Assembly (NCBI GenBank): GCA_964016885.1
Contig: OZ024746.1
Span: 31,310,001-31,374,000, forward strand
DNA length: 64,000 nt
Origin: Eledone cirrhosa
Lineage: Eukaryota
Direction: 5' to 3'
Below the pieces are notes generated by a model that was not told where the DNA came from, ran no database searches, and saw only the letters and a program-made list of their open reading frames with translations. Position numbers and translations under genes: made by a program. Every line of letters starts with the position of its first letter. Position 1 is the stretch's first letter. This document shows, in pieces, positions 54,387 through 64,000 of this stretch.

Positions 54387-54540
54387 ATACACAAGGTTGC
54401 CGTATATATTTCACAACAGATGGGACAAGACCTAGTCCCTTTAAACGTAAAGTGGCAGGCAGAGAAATCACATTCAAGTATTTTGCTCCATTTACCCTGA
54501 AACATGGTAAAAGATCAATCAAAACCATTGCTGTTTCCAG
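54387..54540 (+). CDS. DZANK1: DZANK1-like exon 2, Fn3-associated-like domain (DTQGCRIYFTTDGTRPSPFKRKVAGREITFKYFAPFTLKHGKRSIKTIAVS)
   Basis: 154 nt, phase 1 to 2. IYFTTDG..P and TFKY..P.TL..GK..IK.IAVS match the DZANK1 N-terminal domain. Confidence 0.9.
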
Positions 54541-55065
54541 GTAAAAATATAGGATTTTCATCTTTTTCATTTAGCTTTTTATTACCTTAGTACCAAAAAT
54601 ACAGGTATGGCTGAGTGGTTAACTAGCTTGCTTCACAATCATTAGGTTATGGGTTTGATCTCACTGTGGGAAATCTTGGGCCAGTGTTATTTAGGTTAGC
54701 CTCGAGTTGACCCAAGCCTTGTGAGTGATACTGGGTCGACAGAAACAGGGTGGAAGCCTGTTGGAAGGACTGTATCTGTAATTGAAAGGTCCAGCCTTGT
54801 CACACACTGTGTTAAATTACAAGACATAAACACAAACACACACACACAAACATATATTTATGATGGTCTTCTGCACTTTCTATCTACCAAATTTCACTCA
54901 CAAGGATTCACTAAGGCTATAGTAGAAGAGACTTCTCCAAAGAGCTAAGTGGGATGATTTTACTGAAAACTATACAGTTGTGAAGCAAATTTCTTAACCA
55001 CACATCCATGCAACAGAATTTGTAACAAAATCCTTGCTCTGTTCAAAACTCTAAATATATTCTAG

Positions 55066-55207
55066 GGATGGTCTTCAGGAAAGTGCTGTGGTCACCAAAA
55101 CATTTTTTGTTGAAAACGTTCACAAATCCGAAGTTGAGGCTTCAAATGAATACAGCAACCCAATAAAGAGTGAAGAACCATTGAAATCCTCCTCTTATTT
55201 TACCAAA
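55066..55207 (+). CDS. DZANK1: DZANK1-like exon 3 (RDGLQESAVVTKTFFVE...)
   Basis: 142 nt, phase 2 to 0, donor GTAAGT. D..QS.VVTK.F.V motif completes the domain. Confidence 0.88.
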
Positions 55208-55986
55208 GTAAGTTCCTATTAATATATATTTCCTATATAAGTTCCTATTAATATATATTTCCTATAGAAGTTCCTATTAATATATATTTCACATTGCTCC
55301 AGTTTACTCAGCTGTAGAAATGAGATGTTAGGACTGGAGTCCCTATCATTCCACTGCAAAGTGGTTGTGGAGGTGCCACAGCAAAAAAGCACCCAACCCA
55401 CACTGTAAAGTGGACATGTAGGCGCCATGAAAAAAAACACCCAGCACTCACTGTAAATGAGGTTGGTGTTAGGAAGGGCATCTAGCTGTAGAAATCAAGC
55501 CAGAATCAGTTCCCGTCCCACCCTTGCAAGCAGGGAAAAGCGGACGTAAAATGATGAATATGATGATGATGATGTTAAGATGTGTGTGTTAATTGTACAT
55601 CACCTTTCTTTATTCACCTTTCTTTATTTCCAGTAACTTTCATGCACCAACACACTTTTCCTTGTCCTCCTCTTTCAATCTCTTCTATATTTCACCGTGG
55701 ATTGTTTCTCTGCCCAACACTGGCTGCTGGTCTCTGTCCACTGAGGCATGTTTGCCCATCACTATCATTGACAACATTTGGCTGTTTTAATGGCTGTTCT
55801 AGGGATGAGTTTTCTCATTTTTATATGAATTCAAATACACTCTCGTTTTGTCTCAATCAGAGACAACAATATTTATTCATTCATATATATATATATTGTA
55901 ATTTAACTGAGAAATACAAGAATAATATTTTTTTTACAAATTCTTCAGGTTTCTTTTAATATATTTTTATCTTCCATTAATGCCAG

Positions 55987-56128
55987 ACTAACCAATTCCA
56001 GTCTGAAGACAGGGAAGATGACAGAGATGACAAATTACTGATGCCTCTTCACCAATCCAAGGAATTTCCTGTTCATCATGCTTGGCCAGAGAAAAATGAA
56101 GATTTCTACAACTACCAAAATTCTACAG
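55987..56128 (+). CDS. DZANK1: DZANK1-like exon 4 (TNQFQSEDREDDRDDKLLMPLHQSKEFPVHHAWPEKNEDFYNYQNST)
   Basis: CAG acceptor after a pyrimidine tract, open frame, phase 0 to 1 fits both neighbours. Donor GTTTTG is weak. Confidence 0.68.
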
Positions 56129-56614
56129 GTTTTGAGATTTTAATCCTCTCATTACCATGTTTTCTAATGATTGCCTCTGTCTCCTGTGATTTTCAAATAA
56201 TTCTGAAAAAATCAAGAATTTGGAGGGATTTAGTAATATCACTAACTTTCTTATTATTAAGTTGGTGTTTGAGGGTGGTAGATTGGCAGTATTGATAGTG
56301 TGTCAGACAACATGCTTTGTGGCATACAGTTAAGGCCCTTTAGGTTGTGTGTTCATTACGGAGTCAGTAAAATAAAGTACCAGTAATGCACTGGGGTAGA
56401 TTTAATTAACTTTCCCCTTCATTCCAAAGTTTCTGGCCTTGTGCCAAATGTGGAAACAATTATTAAGTTGGTGTTTGGAACATAACTTAAAGGTTTTTAC
56501 ATAAAATTATGATAGGAGGTTTTTAGATAAATATAAACTAAGCATGCTTTGTTATCAAATGTGTTAATAATTAACTGTGGCACTGTTATAAGATATTTAT
56601 TAATATATTTGTAG

Positions 56615-56778
56615 AGATGCAGGAACTACGGAAATCTATCCAGCCCACCAACTATTCCGGGACACAGATCAATATGTTTGGAATGTCTCAAGGCATGCCA
56701 GGGAATTTCAGTGAATTCTTTAACCCCTTCCAGCCCAAGACTACACAGTATGGATTTATTACTGAACAAATGATAAGA
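56615..56778 (+). CDS. DZANK1: DZANK1-like exon 5 (EMQELRKSIQPTNYSGTQINMFG...YGFITEQMIR)
   Basis: TAG acceptor, GTAAGT donor, phase 1 to 0, open frame (ORF 56617..56838). Confidence 0.78.
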
Positions 56779-57444
56779 GTAAGTACTCAGTTTATATGGA
56801 GAAAGGAGCAATACCCATGGTCTTCAGAGACCCTCTGAAATGTTGTTGGTATTCTGTTTAAATGTTTACAGATCTACTCCTTTAGGAAAGACCTGAACAA
56901 GAAGGAAGTCCCAGAGGTCAGAGAGGACTGGTTATAGTGATTTAGTGCAGGGCAGGGAGAGGGGTTACTCTCAAAATTATTGGTGCTGGTGTTTGTTAAT
57001 TTATTTTGTTTTTGCAGTCCCCAATTTTTTTTTTTCTTTTATGTAGTTTAGTCAGAAGCGGAAAAGTCTGTGCCCATTAGATTTGCTGGGCCTCTGAGAC
57101 TTGGCAGAGATGGAAAAAAAAGTTTTTATTACAGAAATATTCTTTGTTAAACTATTTATTGTTGTATACAAGGGAGGTGTCTGGATTTATTGTTAGTGGT
57201 TGGTTGGTTGTTTGGTTAGTTGTTTGTTTGTTTGGTTAGTTGGTTGGTTTGCTAGCTGGCTGGTTAGTTGGTTTAGTAGATCTGGCTCAACATAAGCCAT
57301 ACCAGTGGCCACTGGGGAGACATGCACTCTTTTTACGCCCCTCTCACACATACACAGGCCCCAACAGATAGACACACACACACATACACAAATATAGATG
57401 TTGACCCACTACTACAACACTTGCTATATATTTACTTTTTCCAG

Positions 57445-57637
57445 GGCCTGAATGATAATAACAAGGCTGTAACTGTTGGTGAAATAAGGAACATCATTGA
57501 AGAATCTCAGAATAAACAGGCTCCTATTGTCAGACAATCTGTCCCCTTAGCTTTACCTGAGGTTCCTGTTGAGACAAAGATTATTGAACGTCTTACATAT
57601 AAGGACCCACCACTGCACGATGTCAGTATTGGTGAAG
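57445..57637 (+). CDS. DZANK1: DZANK1-like exon 6 (GLNDNNKAVTVGEIRNIIEE...KDPPLHDVSIGE)
   Basis: Strong acceptor TTTTTCCAG, donor GTGAG, phase 0 to 1. The end resembles the recalled P.L..ISPGRG motif. Confidence 0.83.
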
Positions 57638-58454
57638 GTGAGTAGGAGCATTTCCTTTTTAATGACTAATCCCTCTCAGAAGATGATCCTCTAAAAAATA
57701 TAATCATACATATGTAGCGACAAGGGTTCTTTTGTTTCACGTTGAAGTAGCTAGCTAATAGGTAGATGGCGCTGTATATTTCACAGATGTTATTTCTGGT
57801 GGCTGTACACATATATATATATATATTTAACGAAGGGTATTAGTAGAAAATCGTTAAATGGATTAACATGATAGTTAGATGTAATAACAAGAATAATGTT
57901 TTTTAGTTTATATATGGTTTACTTCACTTCAATCAAAAAGTACAATAAAACAGTTACTAAGAGTTGAGAAGGTTGACAATGTTATTTTGTTGTAGATCTG
58001 AAAACAGCAAGCGACGAGATAAAATCTGTTGGTGGTTAAAGTTTGTTGCAGTTGTCATAGTAGTTCTTGGCCTGAGTCTGAGACCATAGTGAGTGAGAGA
58101 GATTAATGGTCTGTAATTGATTGTATACCACATTGTTCTTTAGTAATGGTTTGTATACCTCTGAATAGTCTGTAGTAGTTCTCGTCGTTAGTCTATTCTC
58201 TCTGTATTTCCTTAGACCTCTAGGGTCTGTTGATAGCGGTGAATCTTTACATAGTTTGTTGTGTATCGTAGAGCTCTGATCTATCTGTTCAAGGTGGGAA
58301 AATATAGGCTTTATATACCTGTCGCTTTCTGCCTCTCACCTTGAGGAGATAGCCAACGCATCAACCTGTTTACACCAAAAGGGTGGTGACCTAGAATTTG
58401 ATCTTTAGGTGTCACCCAAGGTTCAAGGCGCGGACAGATTTCACTACATATATA

Positions 58455-58710
58455 TAGTATACTTTGGGCATGTGGTTAGAATGTCTCAGGAAAGAATTGT
58501 TGGACAGATTTTATGGGCAAAACCAACCAGCAAGAGACCCAAGAGCAGACCCCGAGCAAGATGGTTGGAAAACATTGACGAGCTTGACTGGTCACACTTG
58601 GTGATGCAGCCATATCAGTTAGAGACGGTTGCTTCTGACAGAACCTGCTAGGAGTATTTGGGGACTCTGCCTACATGACCCTCTCAGGAATAAGTGGGAG
58701 AAGAAGAAGA
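58455..58710 (+). mobile_element. RTE-type LINE 3' fragment with (GAA)n tail
   Basis: YFGHVVRM..ERI..IL..P..KRPKSRPRARW. Confidence 0.75.
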
Positions 58711-59524
58711 TATATATTTATATATATGTGTTTTGGTTTGGTTTCTACAGCTAGATTCACTTCCTAGCACCAATAATTTTACAGTGTGTCCATGTGTTGA
58801 GTGAAGAAGTTAGGAGTATACTATATATACACACACACACATATATATATATATACATAGTTAGCAAGTATTATTTATAGTTATCTGCATTGTGGGCAGC
58901 TTCCTCCAAAACCAAACATAGTTTCATACATATCATCATTGCTTTTACATCGCCTGTTCCATGCTGGCATCGGTTAGATGGGATGATTGGAGACTATATA
59001 TAGGTTGAACAATGAAAATTAGTGCTTAATTAAACAATGAACTAATTAAGCACTAAAACTTTCCCTTTTGTTTTCATTGTTCACCCTATGTATATGATTC
59101 TCTAGCTCATTTGAATACTCAACAAAATCTAATATGATGAGATCCTACCATAAAAACAAACTCTTATCACCTGATCTCATTAGGAGTTTTATTTCCATAC
59201 TACATAGAGCTCTATTAGCATTATTGGCTCTACCATAGACAGGTATTTACCAGTATTTATAGTTTAAGGAGACAACAGAGATACAAAAAATCTTATTAGT
59301 TTCACACTTTATATTGGAAAGAGGAAAGAAAGTTTGATGTGTCAGACTTAAGCCCTTCTTCAGGAGTACAAAATAGAGACAGAATCACATAGGAGAACCA
59401 GAAAAAGGTCCCTACCATTGCTCGCAATAGGATAACTTGTCTAACCCATGGCAACGTGGAAAAATGGACGTTAAACGGTGATGATGATGATGATATATAT
59501 ATAATATCCAATATTTATTTGTAG

Positions 59525-59628
59525 GTAATCTCAACGAACAAGTTCTACATGTTTACAGTCATTTATTGAAATACACTAAAGTTAACAGAGAATTTTGTTC
59601 TAAAATCTCACATCCCAAAATTGGCAAA
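59525..59628 (+). CDS. DZANK1: DZANK1-like exon 7 (GNLNEQVLHVYSHLLKYTKVNREFCSKISHPKIGK)
   Basis: 104 nt, phase 1 to 0, donor GTAAG. Matches the recalled DZANK1 block [30 protein letters not shown]. Confidence 0.87.
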
Positions 59629-59866
59629 GTAAGGTTCTCATATTTGATTTTTCCTTTTATACTCACCATTACCATCTGTATCGCATGATCTAATCATCTC
59701 ATTCCATTTCTTTTCACAACATTCATCTCTCTCTCTCTGACAATCCACTCATCCATCAACAATTCTTATCTCAAACAAAAGTTAATGGTAAAACTGGAAT
59801 ATTTAATCTCTAGATTATTGCTTGTAAGATTTTGTTAGAAATTGAACCCCTATCCATTCTTTCCAG

Positions 59867-59942
59867 GTTTTAACTGGTCATTTCACCGATGAAGGAGATT
59901 GCTACAGGATAACTCTGGTTATGGAAAAGCCTGGTATTCTAC
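59867..59942 (+). CDS. DZANK1: DZANK1-like exon 8 (VLTGHFTDEGDCYRITLVMEKPGIL); gene continues beyond the window
   Basis: TTCTTTCCAG acceptor, GTAAGT donor, phase 0 to 1. Resembles the recalled LISATVHEDGCEVSIRLNY. Confidence 0.82.
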
Positions 59943-60380
59943 GTAAGTTATTAATCAAATAAACTGTTCAAATTCGCAAACTGTTCAAATTTGTAATCAT
60001 ATATATATATACATATATATATAAAATAGAAGTAATATATCTACAGTATTGTTCATCTTTATCCTTTTTGTGACATCATTGTAAATGCTTTATTTACCTC
60101 TGAAGATTCCAAATTAGGGCATATCTATGGGTGCATTCAGATCAAATTTAATTTCATTCTGTAAGCATGCATGGCATTGCTTTATTTAGATGAAACAATT
60201 TGTAAGGAATAAAATATGTTGATAAGTGCCTATTGATTCACCATCATAAATATCTGTTTATATATATTTATATATATATATATTATCATATATATAGATG
60301 TATATATATATATATTTGGATCTAGCTGTTGAAACGGCCGAAGCTCAGCCGTCAGGGTCCTGTATATTATCATATGTATA

Positions 60381-63300
60381 TCATCATCTTCGTTTAACGT
60401 CCATCTTCCACGCTAGCATGGGTTAGACGGGAGTTGTCCCATTTGAGGCAAGGTTGGTCGGGTGACCGTGTCTCGCTCATATAGGACTATCTGTCAGGTT
60501 TTCTATGGCTGGATGCCCTTCCTAACACCAACCACATTTACAGTGTGGAACTGGGAACTTTTTACCGTGTTACCTACACGGCCACATTACAGCGTGGACT
60601 GTGTGTTTTTTTTTCGTGACACCTACACGATCTCGATCTCATTATCTCGTGGTGTTGGTGGGAGTGGAAGGATAGGGTAGGGGTTGTGGATTGGGGTGTA
60701 TATTTGGTTAAGAGGTGCCTACTGATTGTAGGTTTCGCTTTGTACATAGGCAAGGCGGGTCTTCTGCATTACTGTGTAGCGCCAAAGATCTCAGTCCAGT
60801 GACATTGTCTTAGAGAAGTGCAAGTGTGTAAGGTTGGAATTTATCAGATCGTCCCAGGTTTTTCTGGGTCTACCTACTCCATAACTACCATCAATTTTGT
60901 TCGCCCTGCACTTTTTTATACAGCTGTCGTCTTTCATGCGCATCATGGGACCATACCAACGTAGTCTTCTCTCAAGTAAACAGCATCTGATCCCTCTTAT
61001 TCCTAATTTCTCACTTAGTTCATTTATGCTTTGCCGTTCACGTATATTACTATTAGACATCCAACGGAGCATGTAAGCTTCGTTCCTTTCCAGTCTACGC
61101 AGGTCCTCTGCACGTAATGCCCATGTCTCACTGCCATGTAGCATTGCTGTTCATATGCAGGCATCATACAATCTGCCATTCATTTTTAGAAAGAAACCTT
61201 TTGTGGCCAACAGCGGTATAAGCTCTCTGAACTTTTTCCATCCCGTTCTGACTCTGGCTACTGTACTTTCAGAGCACCCTCCACCACTGCTGATTTTGTC
61301 ACCCAGGTAACGGAAAGTGTCCACTATTTCTATAGAACCATCTGGGCAATAGAAGGAGCTAGTATCCTGTGGACACTTGCTACTTATTGCACCTGAGCAT
61401 CGGCCACATATAAAGTCTACGTTCTTAGATAGTTTACCTGTGATCCCACTACATCTTTTATGTACCCATACTTTGCATTTGGGACATAAAATGGAATTTC
61501 TGCCTACTCCTTTCCTACACACTGAGCATGGCCATTTCCCTGAGGGCATCTGTACCCTATTTTCCTTTCTACAAACTAGAACTTTAGTCTTAGACAAGTT
61601 AACTTTAAGGCCTTTTGATTCTAAGCCATGCTTCCATGTTTGGAATTTCTTCTCTAGTGATTCAGCTATGAGCGTTAGATCATATACGTATAGGAGTTCC
61701 CATGGGCAGCTGGTCTTGAACTCCTCTGTTATAGCCTGAAGGGCAATAATAAATAGGAGGGGGCTAAGGACAGAGCCTTGAGAAACACCAAATTTTACAC
61801 TAAATTCTTCACAATATTCATTGTTAATTCTAACCTTACTGACTGTTTCTTTATACATAGCTTGTATAGCTCTCACAAGCCATTCATTCATCTACACCTA
61901 GTTTTCTAAGAGCCCACCAGATAATGGAGCGAGGGACTCTGTCAAAGGCTTTCTCCAAGTCAACAAAAGCTAAGTAGAGGGGTTTACTTTTAGCTAGGTA
62001 CTTCTCCTGTAGTTGTCGTACAAGGAAAAGAGCGTCTGTGGTACTTTTACCTGACACAAACTTAAACTGCATTTCATCTAGATCAATTTGCTCTCTGATT
62101 AGTTGCGCTATAACTCTTTCTGTGACCTTCATGACCTGGTCAACTAACTTAATGCCTCTATAGTTTCCCCTATCTAGAGCATCCCCTTTATCCTTGTAGC
62201 AGTTAATGATGATGCTGTTACGCCAGTCTTTTGGTATGACCCCATTCTGAACTACTTTGTTAACTATACGAGTGACCATAGTATGTCCCACCATTCCAGA
62301 TGCCTTCAGCATCTCAGCAACTATCTCCGAAGGCCCAGCTGCTTTGCCTGTCTTCATATCTTTTATTGCCTTACTTATTATACTACCTTTAACTTGCACC
62401 GCTGGTCCTTCTATTGGATTGATTTGGGGCAGACTATCTTTTTCCCATTTATTCTCCTCATTTTATAGTCTCTCGTAGTGACACTTCCAGGCTATCTTCT
62501 TATCAGTATCAGTGAGGATAAGTATACCGTTATCATTATGGACACACTTCTCCCGGACAATATCCCGGTTTTCCTTGACACATTTTCTAGCAATCCTGAA
62601 CACCTCCCGTTTTTGGTCCTCACGTAGAACATGCTTGAACTTTCTATCCTCTGTTTCCCTTTTTGCAAGGTACACTTGTCTCCTAGCTTCTCTCCTGGCC
62701 ACTTGATAGTGTTCTTTACTTCCCCCATCCTGCCATACTTTCCAAGCCTGCTTTTTGGCCTTGATTGTCTTCTCCACCTTACTGTTCCACCACCAATTTA
62801 CTCTCCTCCTGCCAATAGGTCTGCTCCAGCCACAGATTTCATCCGTTGCTTTCAGCAGGTTCACTTTCAAGAATTCCCACTGTTCCTCTATATTGAACGT
62901 CTCTAATTGCTCTTCCTTATTGTCAAAGGCATCAAGTAATAAGCTTTTAAATTTGTCACTGGCTACGGGTTCCTTCAACTTCCATATTCTTCTCCTCAAG
63001 GTAGGCCTCCTCTGTTGTTGAGTACATCTATTCCTGACTATGAGGTCACTAACTACTAGGCTATGTTGGGAGGTGCAGTCTTCATGGGGGAGGGATTTAG
63101 TGTTTACAATAGACACTTTGTCCCATCTTCTAGTAAGGATATAATCTATCTGGCTAGCGCGTCCCCCTGATCTATAGGTGATCAAGTGGTTTTCTCGTTT
63201 TTTGAAGTTTGTGTTACAGATAGTTAGGTTATTAACATCACAGAATTCCAGGATTCTGAAGCCCTCCTCATTTCTATTTTCAACCCCATAGCCTCCATGG

Positions 63301-64000
63301 ATTCCATCATAGCCATCACTATGTTGTCCAACGTGACCGTTTAGATCGCCAGCAATAATTAAGTAGTCGCTGTCGGTTATTTAGGAGGTAGACCAGATTG
63401 GGGTGCATAAGCGGATATTATTGTCACAGTAGTTCTATTTAGAACTAGTCTTATTTTAATTATTCTGTCATTCACTCTATTTACGTCAATTACCTTATCT
63501 ACCCATTTTTCAGCTAACATAATTCCTACACCACCCAGTCCGTTGTCATTTCCCAACCAGAATAGTTTATAGCATCGTTTTTTACCCACGATGAATCTGG
63601 CAGACCCACCTCTTCACCTCGTCTCTTGAATACAACAAACATCAACTTCTTTACGTTCAAGCATCTCTACAACCTCATTTGAGCGACTTTTCAATGTGCC
63701 TATGTTCATGGTACCAACTCTGAAGTTGGGAGGGTGGGATAGATGGGTTGGAGGGGCAGGGAGGGGTGTGGGAGATGGAATTATGTTGGTCATCCGTGTC
63801 TGAAATAAAGAGGGGTCCTTGTATTCTCGTCCTGCAGCGAGAGGTGAATTTATCTTTATCTGTGACATTGTCATTGAGTGCTTTAGACTTTCCAAATTCC
63901 GCAGTCCACCCATCAAACAGGTCTAAACTTAAGGAATAGTAACCACGGTGGTAGCTTTGCTATACTGATTTGTTAGAGAACTTACTATAAGCCGCTGAGT
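60381..64000 (-). mobile_element. Near full-length, disrupted RTE-clade LINE (APE endonuclease, RT, PHD-like finger, 3' UTR, (GAT)n tail) inside a DZANK1-like intron
   Basis: ORFs show VGTMNIGTL..DVCCIQETR, ISAYAPQ and QIDYIL (APE); NYRGIKL, AFVDLEKAFDRV and QGSVLSPLLF (RT; YADD degraded to YVYD); CSVC..C..C..WVHKRC..C..C; RLRWYG..GRPRKTW. Multiple frameshifts and stops. Confidence 0.95.

Noticed and set aside
55582-55959. Cys-containing intronic ORF as the missing DZANK1 zinc-ribbon exon
   Set aside because: No CxxC pairs, no suitable splice sites, and the flanking exons already join in phase.
57755-57775. CTCF-like motif AGGTAGATGGCGCTG
   Set aside because: A single short match within what looks like a small transposon remnant; not supportable alone.
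60318-60362. Short GC-rich motif shared in reverse with 46640-46685 (GAAACGGCCG.AGCTCAGCCGTC.GGGTC) as a ribozyme
   Set aside because: No CUGANGA in the right position; treated as a truncated dispersed repeat.

Overview
Eukaryotic, AT-rich, microsatellite-dense genomic DNA. The SINE and RTE-LINE families resemble those I recall from octopus or other cephalopods (inference; no search was run). Most of the supplied ORFs are artefacts of (TA)n, (CA)n and (GTA)n repeats. Two spliced genes can be rebuilt by hand from GT-AG sites and consistent exon phases. (1) A complete minus-strand NACA gene: non-coding exon 1 with a TCT/5'TOP-type start near 44681, six coding exons from 41845 down to 37994, 213 aa. 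(2) A divergently oriented plus-strand DZANK1-like gene: eight coding exons from 53273 to 59942, 363 aa, running off the right end, and apparently lacking the double zinc ribbons. A near full-length but disabled RTE LINE with a PHD-like finger lies in its intron (60381-64000). The rest is transposon debris: tRNA-derived SINEs, RTE 3' ends, mariner, Tx1-like and CRE-like remnants, MITEs, a solo-LTR-like insert, Helitron-like ends and several minisatellites. Most notable: several long palindromes carrying minimal hammerhead-ribozyme-like cores (best at 51066-51195), a ~30-copy 52-bp satellite built from a SINE B-box, a duplicated 29-nt frameshifting pseudo-exon in NACA, and a structured H/ACA-like segment in the last NACA intron.
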